Position numbers and translations under genes: made by a program. Below the pieces are notes generated by a model. It saw only the letters and a list, made by a program, of their open reading frames with translations. It did not search any database and was not told the origin of the DNA. From contig CM082580.2 in the NCBI GenBank assembly GCA_040954595.2, forward strand, positions 4,392,783-4,456,782: a stretch of 64,000 bases of DNA, given 5' to 3'. Positions 35,401 through 47,605 of the stretch are shown here, one piece after another. Source of the DNA: Balanoglossus misakiensis. Taxonomy: Eukaryota; Animalia; Hemichordata. Position 1 is the first letter of the stretch; every line of letters begins with the position of its first letter.

Positions 35401-38400
35401 TGTTACCAATCACACCTTCACCGCCAACTTCTGGCATTATGTTTCAACTCAACCAGTGTGGGATGCGCTCCTGATCACCATGTTACCAATCTCACCTTTA
35501 CCGCCAACTTCTGGCATTATGTTTCAACTCAACCAATGCTGGATACGCTCCTGATCACCATGTTACCAATCTCACCTTTACCGCCAACTTCTGGCATTAT
35601 GTTTCAATTCAACCAGTGTGGGATGCGCTCCTGATCACCATGTTACCAATCACACCTTCACCGCCAACTTCTGGCATTATGTTTCAACTCAACCAATGTG
35701 GGATGCGCTCCTGATCACCATGTTACCAATCTCACCTTCACCGCCAACTTCTGGCATTATGTTTCAATTCAACCAGTGTGGGATGCGCTCCTGATCACCA
35801 TGTTACCAATCTCACCTTTACCGCCAACTTCTGGCATTATGTTTCAATTCAACCAGTGTGGGATGCGCTCCTGATCACCATGTTACCAATCTCACCTTCA
35901 CCGCCAACTTCTGGCATTATGTTTCAATTCAACCAGTGTGGGATACGCTCCTGATCACCATGTTACCAATCTCACCTTTACCGCCAACTTCTGGCATTAT
36001 GTTTCAATTCAACCAGTGTGGGATTCGCTCCTGATCACCATGTTACCAATCTCTACTTTACCGCCAACTTCTGGCATTATGTTTCAACTCAACCAATGTG
36101 GGATGCGCTCCTGATCACCATGTTACCAATCTCACCTTCACCGCCAACTTCTGGCATTATGTTTCAATTCAACCAGTGTGGGATGCGCTCCTGATCACCA
36201 TGTTACCAATCTCACCTTTACCGCCAACTTCTGGCATTATGTTTCAATTCAACCAGTGTGGGATGCGCTCCTGATCACCATGTTACCAATCACACCTTCA
36301 CCGCCAACTTCTGGCATTATGTTTCAACTCAACCAGTGTGGGATGCGCTCCTGATCACCATGTTACCAATCTTGGCATCACCGCCAACTTCTGGCATTAT
36401 GTTTCAACTCAACCAGTGTGGGATGCGCTCCTGATCACCATGTTACCAATCTCATCTTCACCGCCAACTTCTGGCATTATGTTTCAACTCAACCAGTGTG
36501 GGATGCGCTCCTGATCACCATGTTACCAATCTCACCTTTACCGCCAACTTCTGGCATTATGTTTCAACTCAACCAGTGTGGGATGCGCTCCTGATCACCA
36601 TGTTACCAATCTCACCTTTACCGCCAACTTCTGGCATTATGTTTCAATTCAACCAGTGTGGGATACGCTCCTGATCACCATGTTACCAATCTCAGCATCA
36701 CCGCCAACTTCTGGCATTATGTTTCAACTCAACCAGTGTGGGATGCGCTCCTGATCACCATGTTACCAATCTCATCTTCACCGCCAACTTCTGGCATTAT
36801 GTTTCAACTCAACCAGTGTGGGATGCGCTCCTGATCACCATGTTACCAATCTCACCTTTACCGCCAACTACTGGCTTTATGTTTCAACTCAACCAGTGTG
36901 GGATGCGCTCCTGACCGCCATGTTACCAATCTCACCTTTACCGCCAACTACTGGCATTATGTTTCAACTCAACCAGTGTGGGGTGCGCTCCTGATCACCA
37001 TGTTACCAATCTCACCTTTACCGCCAACTTCTGGCATTATGTTTCAATTCAACCAGTGTGGGATACGCTCCTGATCACCATGTTACCAATCTCAGCATCA
37101 CCGCCAACTTCTGGCATTATGTTTCAACTCAACCAGTGTGGGATGCGCTCCTGATCACCATGTTACCAATCTCACCTTTACCGCCAACTTCTGGCATTAT
37201 GTTTCAATTCAACCAGTGTGGGATACGCTCCTGATCACCATGTTACCAATCTCACCTTCACCGCCAACTTCTGGCATTATGTTTCAACCAGTGTGGGATG
37301 CGCTCCTGATCACCGTGTTACCAATCTCACCTTCACCGCCAACTTCTGGTATTATGTTTCAACCAGTGTGGGATGCGCTCCTGATCACCATGTTACCAAT
37401 CTCAGCACCACCGCCAACTTCTGGCATATTGTTTCAACTCAACCAGTGTGGGATGCGCTCCTGATCACCATGTTACCAATCTCAGCACCACCGCCAATTT
37501 CTGGCATTATGTTTCAACTCAACCAGTGTGGGATGCGCTCCTGATCACCATGTTACCAATCTCACCATCACCGCCAACTTCTGGCATTATGTTTCAATTC
37601 AACCAGTGTGGGATGCGCTCCTGATCACCATGTTACCAATCTCACCTTTACCGCCAACTTCTGGCATTATGTTTCAATTCAACCAGTGTGGGATGCGCTC
37701 CTGATCACCATGTTACCAATCTCACCTTCACCGCCAACTTCTGGCATTATGTTTCAATTCAACCAGTGTGGGATGCGCTCCTGATCACCATGTTACCAAT
37801 CTTGGCATCACCGCCAACTTCTGGCATTATGTTTCAACTCAACCAATGTGGGATACGCTCCTGATCACCATGTTACCAATCTCACCTTCACCGCCAACTT
37901 CTGGCATTATGTTTCAATTCAACCAGTGTGGGATGCGCTCCTGATCACCATGTTACCAATCTCAGCACCACCGCCAACTTCTGGCATTATGTTTCAACTC
38001 AACCAGTGTGGGATGCGCTCCTGATCACCATGTTACCAATCTCACCATCACCGCCAACTTCTGGCATTATGTTTCAATTCAACCAGTGTGGGATGCGCTC
38101 CTGATCACCATGTTACCAATCTCACCTTCACCGCCAACTTCTGGCATTATGTTTCAACTCAACCAGTGTGGGATGCGCTCCTGATCACCATGTTACCAAT
38201 CTTGGCATCACCGCCAACTTCTGGCATTATGTTTCAACTCAACCAGTGTGGGATGCGCTCCTGATCACCATGTTACCAATCTTGGCATCACCGCCAACTT
38301 CTGGCATTATGTTTCAATTCAACCAGTGTGGGATGCGCTCCTGATCACCATGTTACCAATCTCACCTTCACCGCCAACTTCTGGCATTATGTTTCAACTC

Positions 38401-41240
38401 AACCAGTGTGGGATGCGCTCCTGATCACCATGTTACCAATCTCACCATCACCGCCAACTTCTGGCATTATGTTTCAATTCAACCAGTGTGGGATGCGCTC
38501 CTGATCACCATGTTACCAATCTCACCATCACCGCCAACTTCTGGCATTATGTTTCAACTCAACCAGTGTGGGATGCGCTCCTGATCACCATGTTACCAAT
38601 CTCACCTTCACCGCCAACTTCTGGCATTATGTTTCAAACAGTGTGGGATGCGCCCCTGAACACCATGTTACCAATCTCACCTTCACCGCCAACATCTGGC
38701 ATTATGTTTCACCCAGTGTGGGATGCGCTCCGGATTACCATGTTACCAATCTCACCTTCACCGCCAACTTCTGGCATTATGTTTCACCCAGTGTGGGATG
38801 CGCTCCGGATTACCATGTTACCAATCTCACCTTCACCGCCAACTTCTGGCATTATGTTTCAAACAGTTTGGGATGGTCTCCTGATCACCATGTTACCAAT
38901 CTCACCTTCACCGCCAACTTCTGGCATTATGTTTCAAACAGTTTGGGATGGTCTCCTGATCACCATGTTACCAATCTCACGTTCACCGCCAACTTCTGGC
39001 ATTATGTTTCAAACAGTGTGGGATGCGCCCCTGAACACCATGTTACCAATCTCACCTTCACCGCCAACATCTGGCATTATGTTTCACCCAGTGTGGGATG
39101 CGCTCCGGATTACCATGTTACCAATCTCACCTTCACCGCCAACTTCTGGCATTATGTTTCACCCAGTGTGGGATGCGCTCCGGATTTCCATGTTACCAAT
39201 CTCACCTTCACCGCCAACTTCTGGCATTATGTTTCAAACAGTTTGGGATGGTCTCCTGATCACCATTGTTACCAATCTCACGTTCACCGCCAACTTCTGG
39301 CATTATGTTTCAAACAGTGTGGGATGCGCTCCTGATCACCATTGTTACCAATCTCACCTTCACCGCCAACTTCTGGCATTATGTTTCACCCAGTGTGGGA
39401 TGCGCTCCGGATTACCATGTTACCAATCTCACGTTCACCGCCAACTTCTGGCATTATGTTTCAAACAGTTTGGGATGGTCTCCTGATCACCATGTTACCA
39501 ATCTCACGTTCACCGCCAACTTCTGGCATTATGTTTCAAACAGTGTGGGATGCGCTCCTGATCACCATTGTTACCAATCTCACCTTCACCGCCAACTTCT
39601 GGCATTATGTTTCACCCAGTGTGGGATGCGCTCCGGATTACCATGTTACCAATCTCACGTTCACCGCCAACTTCTGGCATTATGTTTCAAACAGTTTGGG
39701 ATGGTCTCCTGATCACCATGTTACCAATCTCACCTTCACCGCCAACTTCTGGCATTATGTTTTAACCAGTGTTGGATGCGCTCCTGATCACCATGTTACC
39801 AATCTCACCTTCACCGCCAACATCTGGCATTATGTTTCACCCAGTGTGGGATGCGCTCCGGATTACCATGTTACCAATCTCACCTTCACCGCCAACTTCT
39901 GGCATTATGTTTCACCCAGTGTGGGATGCGCTCCGGATTTCCATGTTACCAATCTCACCTTCACCGCCAACTTCTGGCATTATGTTTCAACTCAACCAAT
40001 GTGGGATACGCTCCTGATCACCATGTTACCAATCTTGGCATCACCGCCAACTTCTGGCATTATGTTTCAACTCAACCAGTGTGGGATGCGCTCCTGATCA
40101 CCATGTTACCAATCTTGGCATCACCGCCAACTTCTGGCATTATGTTTCAACTCAACCAGTGTGGGATGCGCTCCTGATTACCATGTTACCAATCTTGGCA
40201 TCACCGCCAACTTCTGGCATTATGTTTCAACTCAACCAGTGTGGGATACGCTCCGGATTACCATGTTACCAATCTCACCTTCACCGCCAACTTCTGGCAT
40301 TATGTTTCACCCAGTGTGGGATGCGCTCCGGATTACCATGTTACCAATCTCACCTTCACCGCCAACTTCTGGCATTATGTTTCAAACAGTTTGGGATGGT
40401 CTCCTGATCACCATGTTACCAATCTCACCTTCACCGCCAACTTCTGGCATTATGTTTCAAACAGTTTGGGATGGTCTCCTGATCACCATGTTACCAATCT
40501 CACGTTCACCGCCAACTTCTGGCATTATGTTTCAAACAGTGTGGGATGCGCCCCTGAACACCATGTTACCAATCTCACCTTCACCGCCAACATCTGGCAT
40601 TATGTTTCACCCAGTGTGGGATGCGCTCCGGATTACCATGTTACCAATCTCACCTTCACCGCCAACTTCTGGCATTATGTTTCACCCAGTGTGGGATGCG
40701 CTCCGGATTTCCATGTTACCAATCTCACCTTCACCGCCAACTTCTGGCATTATGTTTCAAACAGTTTGGGATGGTCTCCTGATCACCATTGTTACCAATC
40801 TCACGTTCACCGCCAACTTCTGGCATTATGTTTCAAACAGTGTGGGATGCGCTCCTGATCACCATTGTTACCAATCTCACCTTCACCGCCAACTTCTGGC
40901 ATTATGTTTCACCCAGTGTGGGATGCGCTCCGGATTACCATGTTACCAATCTCACGTTCACCGCCAACTTCTGGCATTATGTTTCAAACAGTTTGGGATG
41001 GTCTCCTGATCACCATGTTACCAATCTCACCTTCACCGCCAACTTCTGGCATTATGTTTTAACCAGTGTTGGATGCGCTCCTGATCACCATGTTACCAAT
41101 CTCACCTTCACCGCCAACTTCTGTCATTACGTTTCACACAGTTTGGGATGGTCTCCTGATCACCATGTTACCAATCTCACCTTCACCGCCAACTTCTGGC
41201 ATTATGTTTTAACCAGTGTTGGATGCGCTCCTGATCACCA
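29485..41240. repeat. 11.7-kb satellite array of 80-bp and 75-bp units (roughly 150 copies)
   Basis: 80-bp unit CTGATCACCATGTTACCAATC[TTGGCA|TCACCT]TCACCGCCAACTTCTGGCATTATGTTTCAACTCAACCAGTGTGGGATGCGCTC. 75-bp units lacking one CTCAA dominate 38630-41240 and the diverged left edge. All overlapping ORFs are repeat read-throughs. Confidence 0.98.
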
Positions 41241-42666
41241 TTTGTTAGTCTTGTTGGTACTCGAGTAGAAAAGAAATTTTTTATAACGGAACTTCAGGAT
41301 AAAATGCAAATAAGTCTTATTACCATAGTGAGCATGTGTGATTGTGTTCACATCTTCCACAAAATAGCAGCTCAGGCAGATTGTTTTCATAGGTTTTCGA
41401 TTATGTACACAGATTAGACGCTAGATTTGTTTGCTTGGGTTGGTAATCTTGCTATCCATCTTTCACTTCTCTTGGTCATTCTTATAGTTTGCTCATTTAA
41501 ATGAAGCAAGTTCTGCATAAATGAAATGTCTGACGCAGGATTTGTTGATTTTTTGCGCCTTCTATGTCTCCCACATTGATTTTGTGCATCTCGGGTATCT
41601 GCGTCTGTACTGACTTATTACAGAAGACAAAAATATATGCTTTTCGCGTTAACAAGAACCACAAACTAACAAGGAAAAGACAGGAAAAAGAATTACAAAT
41701 AATGTAAAATAAAAGAAAAAAGTCATAAATTTAAATCTGGTAACAAATGTACAGGATAAAACTCTGTGTAGTAACTTACATACTTGTTATTTTCTAAGTT
41801 GCAAATTTATCCTGGCTGTCTTGGCATTTTAAAGCATTATAAGTTTCTACCAACATTAACAGCCTAATGTGATCTTCTTGCAATTTATATCTGGGATTCA
41901 AAGCACAACATTTTGTCTACAATATTTTACCGACTCATAGTCATCTGTCTGAAAAGGTTCGAGTGAGCCTGATTTTTGTCCATGTTTTCTGTCTATCATG
42001 TCCTGCCGAATCTCTTGAAAAGTTTAAATTTCGACTGACCCTACTTCTATGTCGTGGGAATAAACCGAAATACACAATACATTGAATCAAAAAGTATAAG
42101 TAAGATTGAAAGGAATCGCAAAAAACGGATAACGAACGGTTAGAAATATTTAGGCATGTACGTGAAGGGAAACGATTTTCTAAATCTAGGCGTTCATTGG
42201 GACTTGAACGAACAGGAGCTATGTATATCCTCTCCACGACGTAACTGTTGCCGTAAAGAGGCCGTGGTTTACGATGTGTCCTATTAGTGTATGGCACACC
42301 TAACAAAATAATAAATGATCACCTACCACCTTATCTGGAGATTGTCCCCCTTAAAGAAACAAAATGTCCAAGATAGAATCGTAAAAATAAGCCAACCTTA
42401 AATAACTGACGCTTGGAAAAATACTAAATAAAGAGGTCCTACCAGTTCATCTGGTCTTCAGCTTGGCGAAAATGAACTGTATATGTTACACACCTAGGAG
42501 GTGGGTGACGGATGCCACCGTGGTGTCTCAACATTGCAGAGGCTCGGCGAACATGTAACAACGCCTACAAGAGTAAAGAGATGTCACAACCTTATTATCA
42601 AGATAACATTTTCTAATCCTTTCAAACAGAACGAGATCGAATAAAGCAAAATCATTCATGGTCCCA

Positions 42667-42669
42667 AAA

Positions 42670-42760
<91 letters not shown>

Positions 42761-42761
42761 A
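42667..42761. repeat. (AAAT)n microsatellite
   Basis: Directly visible. Confidence 0.95.
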
Positions 42762-42959
42762 TATGCACTCTTAGGCTCATTTCATATTGTGCTATTATTC
42801 AATTATTTAAAGAATTCGCGGGGCAATAATGAACCCGGTCTGGCATGTGGCAAGCCCATTATCTACGTACAATATATTTGTTTGGATTTTCACAAATTAC
42901 TGCACTCGACAAGAACTCGCCCCGAGAGTAGTGTCGGAAAGGCCAACACTGCACTGGGA

Positions 42960-43261
42960 ATTCTTTACTATCAATCACGTGATCTGGCAATGTGTCACAT
43001 GGCGCAGTCATTTCCAGATGACGGGCAAGCAATATTTCGGCATCCAGTAAAAGTTTTTCCGAGTATGTTTTTACTTTAGAACCGCCAAACACATAACATG
43101 TATCGGGTATGTTGCCTCATCAGCCTCATTGCATTTCGTCTGCACAGTCTTTGTCTGCACCACGTAAGTCCACGTTGCTGAAGTTGCCCGTCATCTGGAA
43201 ATTTGAATGCGAACGTAACTGCCACCTAAGCGCGTCTGACGTCATTTGATAGCGAAGAATA
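42960..43261 (+). repeat. Dispersed repeat copy 2, containing a perfect 19-bp inverted repeat (MITE-like)
   Basis: ATTTCCAGATGACGGGCAA (43010-43028) and TTGCCCGTCATCTGGAAAT (43184-43202); homologous to 13110-13358. Confidence 0.7.
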
Positions 43262-43727
43262 AACACTCGCGTATCGTACGTGGCGCCCAGTAGCTTCGGA
43301 TTGTAGAACACCGATACTGCTTCTACGCGTTACAGCGTACAGCGCGTGAAACGCCCGGATGGGGAACAAGAGAGAACTCTCGTCCGAACAACAGTCGAAA
43401 TGGATATAGAATGTCTCGCAAAACAAAACAAAAGTTTGAATCATTCTTCGTTTATATTATCTATAATCAGTAAAATAAGATAGCCAAGTAAATTAACAAC
43501 ACCCACGGTACTGCCACTTCGCTAGAAAACAACGCGAGAATGTCATGCTCTAATTAAAAAAAGGCGTGGTTAGACGAGAGCAGACGGGTACGGTAGAAGT
43601 ACTTCGCTACACACGGTGACTCAGTCGCTTCGGTGCGTTTTTATTACTCAACGGAATAACTAAATTTAAAGTCATATTGTAATTTTTATGTAAAGCAGTG
43701 TACAGTGTCCATGTAAACATTTAGTAC

Positions 43728-45375
43728 TTGCTTACTTACCCCTTTCACAGAAAATCAGCGATTTTTTTGCCATCACCGGTGACGATACCTGTACTACGCT
43801 CGACAACAACAGCAGAATGGATGGCAACGCCGGTGTGTGTGTACACGATCAACAAAGCAACGGCGTTGTCGTCCCTGGTAACTAACTTTTAGCCAATCAG
43901 TGACTGTCTTCGCCAGGTTGACAACATACGTCATGTACGTTTATGGCCAATCGAAGAAACGTTCGATGTGTGACGTACAGCGCGCCGTGCGCGTTAGAAA
44001 TATTCTATTCGCTAAGTTCGATATTTTTCGACTGTTCAGTTCGGCAACTTTCGGACTGATCTCAAGAATCTATCACTCGATTTTGATTGAGGAAAGCACA
44101 GTCACAAGTTTATGTCTTATGAGAATGTGGTGACGATGTTTGAAAGTGAAAATAATGATGCAAAACTTATAGACGAGTTCTTATCGCATTCGATTTACAA
44201 ATAATTATTAACAAGTACAGTCCTTATAAGTCTGGCCGTAAGGACGTTTCTGTCACGGCATTCCGTAACGTAAAGAAACCCATTTTTTTCTCATGAAAAA
44301 TCTAAAATTTGCTTGTTGATAACAAGTTCTAAGCCTATGGAGTACGCTATTTATCTTTTAAAACATATTCAACACTGGCTTACTTACTTTTTACGCGGAA
44401 AATCAGCGCTTTATCGGCACCTCTGGTGACAGCGACTGTACTACGTTTGACGACAACAACAGAATGGGTGACAACGCCGTCGTGTGTACACGATCAACAA
44501 AGCAACGGCGATGTCGTCCATGGCAACCAACTTTTAGCCAATCGTTGAGAAAGAAATTTCCACGCGAGAGTGACGATAGAAGTTAACGGCCAATCGAAGA
44601 AGCGTTCGATGTGTGACGTACAACGCGCCGTTTCGAAATATTCTATTCACTCGCTGTTCGGATTGATCACTTCGGCAACTTTCGGAATTGAACGATCTCC
44701 GAAATGTATCCTCGATTTTGATTGAGGAGAGAACACCCACAAGTTTATGTCTTTATGAGAATGTGGTGACGATATATTAACGTTAAAATAATGATGCAAA
44801 AATTATAGACGAGTATTTATCACATTCAATTTACAAATAATTATTAACAAGTGCAGTCCTCATAAGTCTTGCCGTAAGGACGTTTCTGTCACGGCGTTCC
44901 GTAACGTAAAGACTGAAACACATTTTTTTCTCCTGAAAAAATCTAAAATTAGCTTGGTGATAAAACGTTTAAAGCCTATGGAGTACGCTATTTATCTTTT
45001 AAAACATATTCAACACTGGCTTACTTACTTTTTACGCAGAAAATCTGCGATTTAACGGCATCTCTGGTGACAGCGACTGTACTACGTTTGACGACAGATA
45101 CAGAATGGGTGGCAACGCCGGCGTGTGCACACGATCAACAAAGCAACGGCGTTGTCGTCCGTGGTAACCAACTTTCAGCCAATCGGCGAGAAAGAAATTT
45201 CCACGCGAGAGTGACGACAGAAGATAACGGCCAATCGAAGAAGCGTTCGATGTGTGACGTACAGCGCGTCGTGCGAAATATTCCATCCACTCGCTATTTC
45301 GATTGTTCAGTTCGGAAGCTTTCGGATTGATCTCCGGAATCGAGAACTCGATTTTGATTGAGGAGAAAACACAAC
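43728..45375. repeat. ~640-bp tandem repeat, about 2.6 copies
   Basis: GCTTACTTAC...GAAAATC.GCG at ~43730, 44378 and 45019; CACGATCAACAAAGCAACGGCG and GGCCAATCGAAGAA.CGTTCGATGTGTGACGTACA occur in all three. Confidence 0.9.
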
Positions 45376-45619
45376 TATATCTCTGTGGGAGTGTAACAGC
45401 AATTCTTTTAATTGAAAATAATTATGGATAAGTGAATCAAGTCCTGAATATCTCGTTCGAGAGAGAAATAAAAATAATGGAACATCGTTACATCATGCTC
45501 CTTTGATTCGCTGAACACTGCGTCTCACGTGACTAAGCAAGGCGCATCACGAAGATAGACGCCTCTTCATGATCCTTGGTGTTTGTCACCGAAGCAGGGT
45601 ACCCCACTGCGACCCAAAC

Positions 45620-45830
45620 AAACGTGACTGTGAAACTCGGACTGATTTCATTGCATATATGATGGACCGCATGAAAGTGAGCTTCAGGATCTGAGATGAG
45701 AAAATCTTAGATTGAGACAGAAACTGTCTGACCATGAGAGTAGATTTTCGCAAGCCGATTTTGAAGGAGACGATGAGAAAGCAAAGTGTTTGACTGGTGT
45801 CTCATCTTTCACTGTGTTGTCATTGATAGG
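45620..45830 (+). pseudogene. Fragment of a Harbinger/ISL2EU-type transposase (post-THAP linker region)
   Basis: ...ENLRLRQKLSDHESRFSQADFEGDDEKAKCLTGVSSFTVL resembles the F..DD.KV.FYTGL.SF.V motif preceding the HTH in these transposases; truncated and interrupted. Confidence 0.45.
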
Positions 45831-46288
45831 TCAAGAAAGGAACACACTGATGTCAAAGCCATTCCACGAACAAAAAAAATCTGCATTATTTCAAGGGAAT
45901 ACTGACATTATGTTGTTGCCACCAGGGACAGCAGTTGCTTTTGTCCACACTGTGTCAGCAACTCTGCAGAAAGTGAGTGCCTCTTCCTAGAATATGCTGG
46001 TCCCTGGGCTGTGTCATCTTTGAAACCCTGCAGGTTGATGCGCCAACAACTTTCTACTATACGAAGCTACCTGAACAGAAGGTCTGGGTCCAGTGATTGT
46101 GGGCCTGCTGAGAGGTCTGGCTTACCGCAGGGTAGTGGCCGTATCCTTTTGAAATTGATCTATCACGTTTTGGTAAATGATTATTGTATGATTGCTGTGG
46201 AACTACATGTACACTACTTGGCCCCTCGCACATCCCTTGACAAAATTCGAATGTTAATTGTCAAACTAATGAGGTTATACTTAAATTT

Positions 46289-46940
46289 ATGAATGTCAGT
46301 CAGTTACAGGAATATTTGAGATCTCGGGGCATTCTGTACCCCCGCAGAAGGAGAGATGGCCTTATAATCACTCTGGTAAAGGATGCCCATGCATATGCCA
46401 CTCAAAATACTGATGCATTTGATACAGATGAAATCGCCCCATTGATATCACAAGAAATTATTGAAGCAAATTCTGGTTAAACAGTGAAAGAATTCGAAGA
46501 AAAGTTTATGCGTAGACTTGGTAACATTGATAAAGATACGATTACACGAATTGCTGTTGAGACAGCTAACCAGAGATCATCACCTGTTTGATACAAAGTA
46601 AGAGAAGGTCGCATCAATGCATCAAAGGTGTTTCAATGTATTCATAATGTTGGAAATGATGGGAATGTGTCAACCAGAAATACCAGTCTTGTTGGTTCTG
46701 TGATGGGGTATGCAGAAACATTCCAATCAAAAGAAATGCAATGGGGGAAAAGAATGGAGAGAACAAGCATCAACCATTACAGTGCAATGCACTAGAAAAA
46801 AATGAAACATAAACAACCCAGTGTACAAGATACTGAATTTCATATATCTGAGGATTTTCCAGTCATTGGTGCCTCACCTGATAGCCTTGTTGATTGTGAG
46901 TGTTGTGGTAAAGGTGTTCTGGAAGTAAAAAATCCTGTGT
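46289..46940 (+). pseudogene. Degenerate YqaJ/lambda-exonuclease-like gene, transposon-associated
   Basis: ETANQRSSPV*YKVREGRINAS...MQWGKRME...H*...FPVIGASPDSLVDCECCGKGVLEVKNP carries the PD-(D/E)xK YqaJ motifs, with stops at 46589-46591 (conserved W position) and 46793-46795. N-terminal VSQLQEYLRSRGI is SAP-like. Confidence 0.8.
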
Positions 46941-47605
46941 TTTTTTCAGTGCCAAAGTGATCTACTAATAGGTTGGAGTTTTAGAAGCAAGAGAAACGTC
47001 AGGTCAAATTCCCTTTGAGCTGCTACTATACAACTGCCTCTACTGACTGAATGTCAACATTTGATGTTTTTCTCCTTTTCACTGGGGGTGTATCAACAGA
47101 AAAACCTGCCCCCCCCCCCCAAATCTCTGAGTCATATTCCAGTGTATGCATTCTTGATAATGTATTTTTTATTTGTTGTAAACCATGGATGGAAAATCCT
47201 ATCAGGTAATTGAATATCCACAAGATCAAAATCATCAGAATATCTTTCATGTGAAAGCATTAGAGAGTAATTATGCCAGTACTATAACATATCACCCAAA
47301 ATGGCTAAACAGAGTTAAATTTAAAACCAAAGGTGGCAAGTATATTATTGTCTTTGCCATATACAATTGGCCCGAGCATTTCAAACCAAAGTAATGTCTA
47401 TGTTACATATGCATTATTTCAAACTTAAAGATGTAAGTTCATTATTTCAAACTTAAATATGTAAGTTCACATTTGGAAGAAAATTTGAAAAGAATGGAAG
47501 CTGAGCAGCATACAATGACTACTTTCAAGTCATGATAGTCTTTTGGAGACAGTTTAATTCTGATGGCCAGCACAACAGACTACATGTAGATATAATGGAC
47601 AAAAA

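Noticed and set aside
29716-41240. CRISPR-like array or repetitive protein gene (long ORFs at 38488-41268)
   Set aside because: The variable site has only a few recurring variants, not unique spacers; no cas genes; eukaryotic context. ORFs swap frame with unit length and the 80-bp units contain stops, as expected for a satellite.
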